Source: Nitrospirota bacterium
Lineage (GTDB): Bacteria; Nitrospirota; 9FT-COMBO-42-15; HDB-SIOI813
Assembly (NCBI GenBank): GCA_016217665.1
Contig: JACRHF010000019.1
Span: 1-47,183 of the forward strand
Direction: 5' to 3'
Length of the DNA: 47,183 bases
Shown here: positions 15,845-24,544 of the stretch, in pieces
Layout of the letters: every line of letters starts with the position of its first letter
How positions within the stretch are numbered: position 1 is the stretch's first letter
Translations under genes and position numbers: made by a program
Notes under the pieces: model-generated
What the model was told of the DNA's origin: nothing
Seen by the model: only the letters and a program-made list of their open reading frames with translations
Databases searched by the model: none

Positions 15845-17999
15845 CCTTGTTCATCTTTGCCCTGACTAATCTTATCTCCTCATAGGAATACCCTTCTCCA
15901 AGTTTTTCCTTGACCGGACTCAGGAATTCTGCGCCCTGATCTTCTAAGACATGTCTGATATGGAGTTGTCTTTCCGGTACGACAAACCTATCTATAGAGA
16001 TGTCCTCGCCCTCCAAGATGAGCCTTTCCAGATGAGAGACGATGGTCGTTATTGTCAGGCCCCGATTCTGTGCGATCTCCCCGATGGCAAGGCCTTGCCT
16101 GTAAAATCCTAAAGTGGCCTGGGTTGTTAACGTTTTTGACGGTTTCAGGCGAGGCTCAGGATCTTTACGGGAGATTGGTTTGGGCTGGATATGATATTGC
16201 TTACAGTAATCGCCGATCTCTTTGAGAAAAATTTCTCCATATTTCTGTAATTTTTGTTCCCCGACACCACTGATCTTCCGGAAGTCCTGCAGGCTTTGAG
16301 GGTAATAGATGGACATCTCCTTGAGACTGGTGTCGTGAAAAATGACATAGGGGGGCATTTCTTCCTGATCTGCAATGGTCTTTCTTAAAGTCCTCAGACA
16401 GTCAAAAAGGGTGCGGTCGTACTCCTCATCCCTCTTGTCCTTCCGAATCAAAATCGGCTCTTCTGGTTTTGTTAAAGAGACCTGCTCATTGTGAAGCAGC
16501 ACATCACGACTCTTGTTATTTAATCTCAGAACGGGATATTGATCTCCATCCAGTTGGACATATCCGGATCGAATTAACTCACGGATGAATGATTGCCATT
16601 GTGATTTGGGATATTCCTTTCCGGCCCCGTATGTCTTAATCGTGTCGTGATGATTCTGCGCTATCTTTTGATTTTTAGAGCCTGTCAGGACATCAATGAT
16701 ATAGTTCATTCCAAACCGCTCCCCGGTCCTGTAAATGCACGATAATATCTTTTGTGCGGCAATGGTTCCGTCAAACCTTTCTTTGGGTTCCAGACAGACG
16801 TCGCAATGGCCGCAATTGGATTCATCGAATACCTCGCCAAAATAGGCCAACAAGAGCCTTCTCCGGCAAACGTTGCCCTCACAGTAGTTTATGATTTCTC
16901 TCAGTTGCTTCAACGCGGCCTGTCTTTCGTTCTCATCTGTCTTTTGAAGGATAAAATGTTCTATCTTAAATTTGTCCCCATAGCTAAAGAAGAGGATGCA
17001 ATCGCTTTTTAATCCATCCCTTCCGGCACGTCCGGTCTCCTGATAATATCCTTCAATACTCTTGGGCAGATCGTAATGGATAACATACCGCACATTGGGC
17101 TTATCAATCCCCATACCAAACGCAATGGTGGCCACAATAATCTCTGCATCATCGCGGATAAAACGTTCCTGATTTCCGGTTCTGACTTCAGTGGACAGCC
17201 CTGCATGGTATGGCAGGGCGCGGTATCCGTCTGATCTCAGTCTCTCTGCCAATTCCTCCACACTTTTGCGGCTCTGGCAATAAATGATCCCGGAATCATT
17301 TTTCCGCTCTTTCAGATATTGGACTATTTGATGATAGGGATTCTCCTTCTGTTTAATGAGGTAACAGAGGTTCTTCCTGTTAAAGCTTGCCGTGAAAATC
17401 TTACAATCCGGCAATCTCAACTGTGAAATAATATCTCTCTGAACCGTGGGTGTCGCAGTGGCTGTTAAGGCCATAACAGGCACTTTGGGAAATATCTCTC
17501 TCAATATCTTTAACTGCCGGTATTCGGGCCTGAAATCGTGTCCCCACTCTGAAATGCAGTGCGATTCGTCAATAGCGAAGAGGGAGACCTTCAGTCCCCG
17601 CAAAAACTGTAAAAACTCCGGCATCATTAGCCGTTCGGGGGCCATGTAGAGGATTTTTATTTCATGGCTTGATAAACTTTGCTTTCGTCTGTCAATCTCG
17701 CTGTAGCTTAACGAGCTATTGATGAACGCGGCCGGAATACCATCGGCTATCAATCCATCCACCTGGTCCTTCATTAAGGCTATCAGAGGGGAAATCACAA
17801 CGGTCAAACCGTCAAAAAGGAGGGACGGGAGTTGATAACAGAGAGACTTGCCGGCCCCGGTCGGCATGAGGACAAAGACATCATTTTGCTTGATCACCTC
17901 ATGGATAATATCTTCCTGGAGGGGGTAAAAGCTTGTGTAGCCAAAGTAGGTGTGTAATGTTTTGTGAATGAGATCGTGTCTCTTAACTTCAGATTTCAT
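15831..17999 (-). CDS. recQ: ATP-dependent DNA helicase RecQ
   Basis: 722 aa. Motif I MPTGAGKSLCYQ, DESH box FAIDESHCISEWGHDFRPEY, a zinc-binding Cys cluster, RQC/HRDC regions and an extra C-terminal HTH-like domain. The last codons and the stop lie inside the element at 15622-15844. Confidence 0.95.
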   Translation of the reverse strand: MKSEVKRHDLIHKTLHTYFGYTSFYPLQEDIIHEVIKQNDVFVLMPTGAGKSLCYQLPSLLFDGLTVVISPLIALMKDQVDGLIADGIPAAFINSSLSYSEIDRRKQSLSSHEIKILYMAPERLMMPEFLQFLRGLKVSLFAIDESHCISEWGHDFRPEYRQLKILREIFPKVPVMALTATATPTVQRDIISQLRLPDCKIFTASFNRKNLCYLIKQKENPYHQIVQYLKERKNDSGIIYCQSRKSVEELAERLRSDGYRALPYHAGLSTEVRTGNQERFIRDDAEIIVATIAFGMGIDKPNVRYVIHYDLPKSIEGYYQETGRAGRDGLKSDCILFFSYGDKFKIEHFILQKTDENERQAALKQLREIINYCEGNVCRRRLLLAYFGEVFDESNCGHCDVCLEPKERFDGTIAAQKILSCIYRTGERFGMNYIIDVLTGSKNQKIAQNHHDTIKTYGAGKEYPKSQWQSFIRELIRSGYVQLDGDQYPVLRLNNKSRDVLLHNEQVSLTKPEEPILIRKDKRDEEYDRTLFDCLRTLRKTIADQEEMPPYVIFHDTSLKEMSIYYPQSLQDFRKISGVGEQKLQKYGEIFLKEIGDYCKQYHIQPKPISRKDPEPRLKPSKTLTTQATLGFYRQGLAIGEIAQNRGLTITTIVSHLERLILEGEDISIDRFVVPERQLHIRHVLEDQGAEFLSPVKEKLGEGYSYEEIRLVRAKMNKVMPR

Positions 18000-18060
18000 G
18001 GATCACTTATTGTTTTTTTATTCATGGCCGGGTCTCCTTCTCTGTTATAGAAAAGTGTGT

Positions 18061-18152
18061 TGGCGGAGAGAGGGGGATTTGAACCCCCGGTGGAGTTTCC
18101 CCCACAACTGCTTTCGAGGCAGTCGCCTTCAACCGGACTCGGCCATCTCTCC
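18061..18152 (-). tRNA. tRNA-Ser (anticodon CGA), CCA encoded
   Basis: Reverse complement is GGAGAGATGGCCGAGTCCGGTTGAAGGCGACTGCCTCGAAAGCAGTTGTGGGGGAAACTCCACCGGGGGTTCAAATCCCCCTCTCTCCGCCA. It has a 7-bp acceptor stem, anticodon loop CTCGAAA, a long variable arm and a GGTTCAAAT T-loop. Confidence 0.9.
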
Positions 18153-18158
18153 AAGGCC

Positions 18159-18187
18159 ATATTAGCAATTCTGAAAGGAGGCGTCAA
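18159..18187 (-). promoter_or_regulatory. candidate promoter of tRNA-Ser
   Basis: On the minus strand: TTGACG (18187-18182), 17-nt spacer, TAATAT (18164-18159). The -10 ends 6 nt before the tRNA 5' G. Confidence 0.55.
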
Positions 18188-18213
18188 ACGGTTAAAATGG
18201 CGACATTTCTAAT

Positions 18214-18774
18214 TCATACAGCCTTGCGGCTAAGTCTTCTATACCGCGCACTGTGTTCCCTGACAATGAATCCTATTTTCTTCTTCGTTGGTTCCGGCGG
18301 TATCATAAGTTGCCGGATGGCATCAAAAATAACTTTTATCTCCTCGTCATGTTTTTCTATCTTATTCTCAAGCTGTTTCAGCTTATGAGCCAGTTCTTTA
18401 TGGGTGGACAGCATTTCCCGCAGTTTGACAAAGGCCCGCACGATGGCAATATTCACCAAAATGGCCCTCTCGCTGTTCAGCACGCTTGAAAGCATAGCAA
18501 CCCCCTGTTCAGTAAACACATACGGTATGTATCTCCGGCCTCCTTTTCCACTCTTTGAGGTCACAAATTGTGACCTCAAAGTTATAACCTCTTGATTATT
18601 CAGTTGAAACATAAAATCCAGTGGGAAGCGCCCAATATTCCGTTTGACAGCTTGAATAAGCGCTTTAGTCCTGACCTCATAAAGCTCCGCAAGATCACTA
18701 TCCAGCATCACCTTATGGCCACGTATTAGATAAATTTTCCTTTCGACCAGTTCTACTGGAACAACCGAATCCAT
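18214..18774 (-). CDS. ORF6N domain DNA-binding protein
   Basis: Start set at M12 ([32 protein letters not shown]...). [10 protein letters not shown] and [24 protein letters not shown] are typical of the ORF6N/KilA-N-like family. C-terminal coiled coil. Confidence 0.75.
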   Translation of the reverse strand: MDSVVPVELVERKIYLIRGHKVMLDSDLAELYEVRTKALIQAVKRNIGRFPLDFMFQLNNQEVITLRSQFVTSKSGKGGRRYIPYVFTEQGVAMLSSVLNSERAILVNIAIVRAFVKLREMLSTHKELAHKLKQLENKIEKHDEEIKVIFDAIRQLMIPPEPTKKKIGFIVREHSARYRRLSRKAV

Positions 18775-18844
18775 AGCTCCTCCACTTTTAATGTGCCAAG
18801 ATGGCACCTTAAAGATTCATACTCTTCAAGGAAACAGTCAGGAT

Positions 18845-19495
18845 TCAGCCTGCCATGAAAACGGCTTCCCTGATATGCCGGGGTGATAAGACTTCATCCA
18901 GCGTGAACGCGGCAACATCGGCCCTCGATACGGATGAGAGGAGTCCTGCCTTTAGATCGTCTCCTGATTTAAACCTTTTGCTCCTGGGGCCGTTTGTCAG
19001 CCGCGGCGGCTTGATCAGGGTCCATTCAAGCCCACTCGTCCTGATCAGCCTTTCCTGTTCAACCCGGTCCCGGGAGATAGCGGGCCGCTGCCGCTGGAAA
19101 AGCTTTGCCATCCGTTTTAGCAGAGAACTCTGATTCGCAGGATAGTCGCCGATCATGGCCCCGGTCTGACACACGACCCGGGTAATGCCATGTCTGCGCA
19201 TGGCCTCCAGGATCAATCCAGTCGCCGTTGCACAGAATACATCCCGGTACGGAGGCCTGGGGCCAATAACAATGCTCACCGCATCCGCCCCTTCCAGGGT
19301 TTGGGCAATGGCCTGTGCGTCGGACAGGGAGCCCTTGATCCGGATGACCTCTCCGTCATATCCTCCGAGAGAACTTCCTTCCCGGACCAGCCCCCGTATC
19401 CTGATCCTTCCCTGAACAGCCTGATCAATAATCGCCCGCCCTGTAGCGCCGCTTCCGCCAAACAGGGCAAGGGTAAAGGGTCGTGCATCTCCCAT
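18845..19495 (-). CDS. NAD(P)H-binding (NmrA/SDR-like) protein
   Basis: 216 aa. N-terminal Rossmann motif LFGGSGATGRAII. Confidence 0.7.
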   Translation of the reverse strand: MGDARPFTLALFGGSGATGRAIIDQAVQGRIRIRGLVREGSSLGGYDGEVIRIKGSLSDAQAIAQTLEGADAVSIVIGPRPPYRDVFCATATGLILEAMRRHGITRVVCQTGAMIGDYPANQSSLLKRMAKLFQRQRPAISRDRVEQERLIRTSGLEWTLIKPPRLTNGPRSKRFKSGDDLKAGLLSSVSRADVAAFTLDEVLSPRHIREAVFMAG

Positions 19496-19517
19496 ATCTT
19501 ATCTATCCTTTTAAAAG

Positions 19518-19625
19518 AAAAAGGGGACAGATTTATTTTCCATTACTGCTGCGATCAAATCCCCCTTACCCCCTTTTCTAAAGGGGGGGATTATAAGAGG
19601 GGGAAAATAAATCTGTCCCCTTTTT
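19518..19625. repeat. GGGGACAGATTTATTTTC hairpin element, copy B, with a CCCCCTTT..AAAGGGGG element nested in its loop
   Basis: 24-nt arms at 19518-19541 and 19602-19625 are perfectly complementary. The loop (19561-19603) holds CCCCCTTACCCCCTTTTCTAAAGGGGGGGATTATAAGAGGGGG. The element starts 3 nt after the nuoN stop and is followed by a T-rich run on the coding strand, so it likely acts as the operon terminator. Confidence 0.9.
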
Positions 19626-19628
19626 TGC

Positions 19629-21071
19629 TTAACCAGGGAAAATGGCGTTTTTGGCCAAGTCAAGGAACCACGCAGGGAGGACGCCGATGAGGATCGTGCC
19701 GGCGGCGGCAATAGCCAGGGCAAGGCTGTTGGCCGGCGAGCGGGCCAGGTCAAATTCACGGGTCGGCTCTTTCATGTAGATCAGCATCACGATGCGGATA
19801 TAGAAATAGGCGGATATGGCGCTCATGATCACGGCGATCACTGCCAGCGGAACATAACCATTCCGGATAAGGGCCATGAAGATATAAAACTTCCCGACAA
19901 AACCTGCAGTCGGCGGAATTCCGGCTAAGGAGAAGAGGAAGATGAGCATCAGAAGGGCCGCCCCCTTGTTCACCTTGGACAGGCCGGCATAGTCTTCGAT
20001 GTTCTCTCCCCTGAAATTCCCCTTCCGCATCAGGATAATCGTACCGAAGATCCCCATGTTCATGAAGGTATAGATGAGCATGTAGAGCATGACGGCCGCA
20101 ATCCCGTCCGGCCCGCCTGCCACAAGCCCGAGAAGGGCATAGCCGGCATGGGCGATGCTCGAGTAGGCCAGCATCCTCTTGATGTTGGTCTGAGACAGGG
20201 CCACGACACTCCCGACGGCCATCGTCACAATAGAGAGTGCGGCGATCAGGTTGACCCAGTTTACCGACACCGGTCCCAGGGCCCCGATAAAGACACGGAG
20301 GATGGCCGCAAACGAGGCCGCCTTCGGGCCCACAGACATAAAGGCCGTAATGGATGTCGGCGCCCCCTCATAGACATCCGGCGCCCACATATGGAACGGC
20401 ACTGCCGCTACTTTGAATCCAAATCCGGCCACCAGAAAGATGATGGCAAGGACAAGGGCCAGATCCATGCTCCCCTGCTCCTTGACTGCGGCCGCCAGGT
20501 CTGATAACTGGGTTGTTCCGGTGACGCCATAAACTAAGGATATCCCGTAGAGGAGGACCCCGGATGAGAAGGCCCCGAGGATGACGTATTTCATGGCCGC
20601 CTCGTTGGAACGTCCGTTATACTGGATAAAACCTGTCAGCACATAGATAGACAGGGCCATCAGTTCCAGCCCGATATAGATGCTGAGCAGGTCTGTCCCC
20701 GATGCCATGATCATCATGCCGCTCAGGGCAAAGAGCATCAGGACATAGTATTCCCCCCGTTCCACACCCTCCACCTTGATATAGTTTATGGACAGGAGTA
20801 CGGCTAAGAAGGTGGAAAGATAAAATACCATTTTAAAGAAGGTGGAATATCCATCGACGGTGAACATCCTGCCTAAGATCTCTCCTGAATTATTCCCCGC
20901 AAACATCCAGGTCCCGGCCGCCGCAATCAGGATTACGAACAGGGACAGGTAGGCGATAATATGCTTCTGGTTCTGATCGAGGACTAAGTCCAGCAGGATC
21001 AGAAGGCATGCACCGGAAAGGACAATAATCTCCGGCATGAGGAGCACCATATTATAGATATCGAATATCAT
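19629..21071 (-). CDS. nuoN: NADH-quinone oxidoreductase subunit N
   Basis: 480 aa polytopic membrane protein. TM5 Glu (IGLELMAL), TM7 Lys (GFKVAAVPFHMWAPDVYEGAPT). Last gene of the nuo operon. Confidence 0.9.
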   Translation of the reverse strand: MIFDIYNMVLLMPEIIVLSGACLLILLDLVLDQNQKHIIAYLSLFVILIAAAGTWMFAGNNSGEILGRMFTVDGYSTFFKMVFYLSTFLAVLLSINYIKVEGVERGEYYVLMLFALSGMMIMASGTDLLSIYIGLELMALSIYVLTGFIQYNGRSNEAAMKYVILGAFSSGVLLYGISLVYGVTGTTQLSDLAAAVKEQGSMDLALVLAIIFLVAGFGFKVAAVPFHMWAPDVYEGAPTSITAFMSVGPKAASFAAILRVFIGALGPVSVNWVNLIAALSIVTMAVGSVVALSQTNIKRMLAYSSIAHAGYALLGLVAGGPDGIAAVMLYMLIYTFMNMGIFGTIILMRKGNFRGENIEDYAGLSKVNKGAALLMLIFLFSLAGIPPTAGFVGKFYIFMALIRNGYVPLAVIAVIMSAISAYFYIRIVMLIYMKEPTREFDLARSPANSLALAIAAAGTILIGVLPAWFLDLAKNAIFPG

Positions 21072-21120
21072 AATCCCTCACGATCATTTACCTCAGTATC
21101 ATTTACCTCAGTATCATTTA
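21067..21120 (-). repeat. 15-bp tandem repeat at the nuoM/nuoN junction (2 perfect units plus 2 degenerate or partial end units)
   Basis: ATCATTTACCTCAGT at 21083-21097 and 21098-21112. A partial unit at 21113-21120 contains the nuoM stop. A degenerate unit at 21067-21082 contains the nuoN RBS and ATG. Confidence 0.9.
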
Positions 21121-22625
21121 ATCGTCGCGTAATAACCATGGACTGTATTCATCTGCTCTATCAGATGGTTGACGGATACGTGCATGATGTCGAGAAACGG
21201 CGCTGAGTTTAATCCGATCCAGAAGACAAACAGCGCCAGGACGGCCATGGCAGCGATCTCCCTGCCGTCAACATCCCATGCCTCCCGGATGTGGTGGCTC
21301 GAAACCTCGCCCAGCGCTATCTTCTTATACATCCCTAACAGATAAACCGCGCCCAGCATGGCCCCGATGATCGAGAGGCCTGCGAATACCTTATTAAATC
21401 CAAAGGCACCGGTAATAATGAGCAGCTCCCCGATGAACGAATTGGTCCCCGGGATGGCCAGAGAAGAGAGGACGAAGATGGCTAAAAAGGTCGTGTAGAT
21501 GGGGACGGCCTTGGCAAGCCCCCCATAGGCGGCAAGTTCACGGGTATGGGTCCTCTCATAGATCACGCCGATGCAGAGGAACAGGGCGCCCGTAGTTATG
21601 CCGTGATTCAACATCTGCAGGATCCCCCCCTCGATCCCCGTGGCATTCAGGACAAAGAGGCCCAGCGTCACAAACCCCATGTGGCTGATGCTGGAGTAGG
21701 CGATCAGCTTCTTGATGTCTGTCTGGGCCAGTGCCAGGAAACCGCCATAGATAATGGCGATAACCGACAAGACGACGATCGGGACGGCATAATAGGAGGT
21801 GGCATAGGGGAACATGGCCATGGGGAATCTCAGTAAACCATAGGTCCCCATCTTGAGCAGGACCCCTGCAAGGATGATACTCCCTGCGGTCGGCGCCTCC
21901 ACATGGGCATCCGGCAGCCAGGTATGGAATGGGAACATGGGGACCTTGATCGCAAAGGCGATAAAGAAGGCTAAAAAGACCCAGAGCTGCACAGGCAATG
22001 AAAACTTCTGCTGCATCAGGGCGATGATATCAAAGGTCTCTCCCCCTGCAAAGTAGAGGACGATAATGCCGATCAGCATAAAGATACTGCCGGCTAAGGT
22101 GTAGAGGAAAAATTTGAATGCGGCATATATCCTGTTCTTCCCCCCCCAGACACCGATGATCAGATACATCGGTATCAGCATAGCCTCCCAGAACAGGTAG
22201 AAGAGGAAGAAGTCCAGTGCACAGAAGACCCCGATCATGGCCGTCTGCATCACGAGTAGGGAGATCATGAACTCCTTGACCTTCTGCTCGATGGCCTTCC
22301 AGGATGCCACAACACAGATCCATCCCAGCAGGGCCGCCAGGAAGACAAAGAGGACGCTGATGCCGTCAACCCCCATGAAGTAGGTGATGTTCCAGGATGG
22401 GATCCACTGGTAGTGTTCTACAAACTGCATGTGATAGGTCGTCCTGTCAAAGTTGAGGAGAATCGGGATGGAGACGAGGAAGTCCGCCACCGTCACGGCG
22501 AGGGCGATCCACCTCACCAGGCCCGCATTCCTTACAAAGAGTAAGACAGCGGCTCCGGCTAACGGCAGGAAGGTCACTATGGATAATATGGGTATCCCCA
22601 GACTGTTGTGGACGGCCTCGATCAC
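21114..22625 (-). CDS. nuoM: NADH-quinone oxidoreductase subunit M
   Basis: 503 aa. FWEAMLIP (TM5 Glu), AIKVPMFPFHTWLPDAHVEAPTAGSIILAGVLLKMG, MLNHGITTGALFLCIGVIYERTH. All are NuoM-type motifs. Confidence 0.9.
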   Translation of the reverse strand: MIEAVHNSLGIPILSIVTFLPLAGAAVLLFVRNAGLVRWIALAVTVADFLVSIPILLNFDRTTYHMQFVEHYQWIPSWNITYFMGVDGISVLFVFLAALLGWICVVASWKAIEQKVKEFMISLLVMQTAMIGVFCALDFFLFYLFWEAMLIPMYLIIGVWGGKNRIYAAFKFFLYTLAGSIFMLIGIIVLYFAGGETFDIIALMQQKFSLPVQLWVFLAFFIAFAIKVPMFPFHTWLPDAHVEAPTAGSIILAGVLLKMGTYGLLRFPMAMFPYATSYYAVPIVVLSVIAIIYGGFLALAQTDIKKLIAYSSISHMGFVTLGLFVLNATGIEGGILQMLNHGITTGALFLCIGVIYERTHTRELAAYGGLAKAVPIYTTFLAIFVLSSLAIPGTNSFIGELLIITGAFGFNKVFAGLSIIGAMLGAVYLLGMYKKIALGEVSSHHIREAWDVDGREIAAMAVLALFVFWIGLNSAPFLDIMHVSVNHLIEQMNTVHGYYATIK

Positions 22626-22626
22626 C

Positions 22627-24390
22627 CTACCCTCCTCCCATCAGTGAATAGATGATGATAATGACCATGATCCCTACGACCATCCCGAGGGCATAGTGCT
22701 GGAGGAATCCGGTCTGTATCCGCCTGACAGAGGCGCTGATGGATAAGACGAAGGCCGCCACACTGTTGACGAACCGATCCACGATATTCCTGTCAATCCA
22801 CAGACCGATCCCGGCAAGGGAATAGATGACCGGCAGGACGATGGTATTGGAGACCTCTGTAATGAAACCCTCGTAGACCCCGACGGGCCCCTTTGCAATC
22901 CGCATGAAGACCCGGCTCCCCATCCTGTAAGACCAGTCTGTATCCAGACTGATGAGATTTTTAGGATGCAGGTACTTCAGCAGCATAAAAAAGCCCAGGG
23001 CCGTGAACATCAGTATCCCCAGGGATCCGGTGATATGGTCTCCGGTATAGGGTTCAAAATCGACGGGATAGGGGAGCACAGAATAGAGCGGACCGGGGAA
23101 TACACCGATCGCGATACACAGAAAGGCAGCGATCCCCATCCCGATCAGCATGTTGAGCGGGGGCTCTTTGGCCCGGATCCCGGAGTCATGCCCGAAGAAC
23201 ATGTGATAGGGAAGTTTGAGCGTGGTCGAGAGAAAGGTGCCGGACGAAGCCAATACCAGCAGGAGCGATACAATCGCCTTGTGGTCGTGGTTTGCGGCGG
23301 CGACGATCATCGACTTGCTGACAAAACCGCTGAAGAAGGGGAATGCCGATATGGAAAACCCGGCGATCATATAGAGTATCATTGTTAAAGGCATGGTCTT
23401 GTAAAGCCCGCCAAGGTCTGAGAGTTTGCGCTTGCCGGTCATGTATATCACAGAACCGGCCCCCATAAAGAGGAGCCCCTTGTAGAGGATATGGGTAAAT
23501 GCATGGGACACAGAACCGTTCAGGGCCAGCTCTGACCCCAAGCCGATGCCGGTCACCATGTAACCGACCTGACTGACAATGTGGTAGGCCAGCAGCCTGC
23601 GGAAATCATTCTGCAGCATCGCATATCCGACGCCGTATACCGTCATCACCACCCCAAGCCACATCAGCATCTCCGTACCGGCAAAGGCACGCACCAGGAC
23701 ATAGACCGCAGTCTTTGTGGTAAAGGCGGACATGAAGACAGCCCCGGTCACCGTCGCCTCCGGATAGGCATCGGGGAGCCACGCATGGAGCGGCGGCACA
23801 GCGGCGTTCAAGATAAATCCGATCATGATCAGATAAAAACCCATACTCCCGTCATGCTCAATAGGCCCGAAGAGGATCGAACCGGTATCCGCATAATGGA
23901 GGATAATGCCGCCTAATAAACAGACACCGCCGAATACGTGCACCAGGAGATAGCGGAAACCTGCATCAATCGAACGTCTCTCCCGCCTTGCAAAGACCAG
24001 ATAGGCCGAGGCAAAGGCCATGATCTCCCAGAAGACAAAGAGGGTAAAATAGTCGCCGGCAAATACAACCCCTAAGGAGCTGCCTACATAGAGGAATGCC
24101 GCCATGTGCTGTCCCGGATCGTCGACGTGGAGGGAATAGACCATCCCGATAAAGGCCATCAGGGTAAAAACATAGGAGAAGACCAGGCTGAGTTTATCCA
24201 CCTTGCCGAATATGATCTCATGGCCGAGGAAGCTGTGCGCCCCGTAGGTGCCCTCGCCTGCAGAAAAGACGGCTATCATGGCGAATGCCGGGATCAGGAC
24301 GAGATAGGCCTTCCGCACATTCCCTTTAAGGAACGGGATCAGGAATGCCCCCGCGATAAATAAGATGGACGGATGAAACCAATCAATCAT
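22627..24390 (-). CDS. nuoL: NuoL-like antiporter-type subunit carrying the C-terminal lateral-helix/anchor tail; Asn at the TM7 Lys position
   Basis: Start set at ATG 24390 (GAGG 7 nt upstream), giving 587 aa. NuoL-type SHAFTHILYKGLLFMGAG and a C-terminal ...RRIQTGFLQHYALGMVVG tail. The TM7 motif reads ILNAAVPPLHAWLP (Asn codon AAC at 23806-23808). Confidence 0.75.
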   Translation of the reverse strand: MIDWFHPSILFIAGAFLIPFLKGNVRKAYLVLIPAFAMIAVFSAGEGTYGAHSFLGHEIIFGKVDKLSLVFSYVFTLMAFIGMVYSLHVDDPGQHMAAFLYVGSSLGVVFAGDYFTLFVFWEIMAFASAYLVFARRERRSIDAGFRYLLVHVFGGVCLLGGIILHYADTGSILFGPIEHDGSMGFYLIMIGFILNAAVPPLHAWLPDAYPEATVTGAVFMSAFTTKTAVYVLVRAFAGTEMLMWLGVVMTVYGVGYAMLQNDFRRLLAYHIVSQVGYMVTGIGLGSELALNGSVSHAFTHILYKGLLFMGAGSVIYMTGKRKLSDLGGLYKTMPLTMILYMIAGFSISAFPFFSGFVSKSMIVAAANHDHKAIVSLLLVLASSGTFLSTTLKLPYHMFFGHDSGIRAKEPPLNMLIGMGIAAFLCIAIGVFPGPLYSVLPYPVDFEPYTGDHITGSLGILMFTALGFFMLLKYLHPKNLISLDTDWSYRMGSRVFMRIAKGPVGVYEGFITEVSNTIVLPVIYSLAGIGLWIDRNIVDRFVNSVAAFVLSISASVRRIQTGFLQHYALGMVVGIMVIIIIYSLMGGG

Positions 24391-24418
24391 GACAACCTCG
24401 TAAAAAGTCTCGACAGCG

Positions 24419-24544
24419 GACGGCTTCGTAAAAAGCTCCATATGCAAGGCGCGCAAATCCTGAGGAATGAGGCGTACTTGTAGCTACGCCGCAATGACGA
24501 AGGATGCAGCGCAACGCCGCAGATGGACTTTTTACAAAGCCGTC
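24419..24544. repeat. nested-hairpin palindromic element inside the nuo operon
   Basis: GACGGCTTCGTAAAAAGCTCC (24419-24439) pairs imperfectly with GGACTTTTTACAAAGCCGTC (24525-24544). There are internal sub-hairpins, e.g. GGCGTActtgtagcTACGCC. The outer arms resemble those at 2979-3108. Confidence 0.75.

Noticed and set aside
18061-18807. Integrated element at tRNA-Ser (an ORF6N protein is adjacent)
   Set aside because: There is no integrase, no duplicated tRNA 3' segment and no att-like repeat that I could find. The ORF6N gene lies on the 5' (promoter) side of the tRNA rather than at its 3' end.
19190-19759. ORFs 19190..19690 (+) and 19511..19759 (-) spanning the region after nuoN
   Set aside because: They are read through the hairpin and KGG-type repeats (peptides GDRFIF, KINLSPF, PFRKGGKGD) and lie antisense to the NAD(P)H-binding gene or nuoN. 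They are repeat-derived artefacts.
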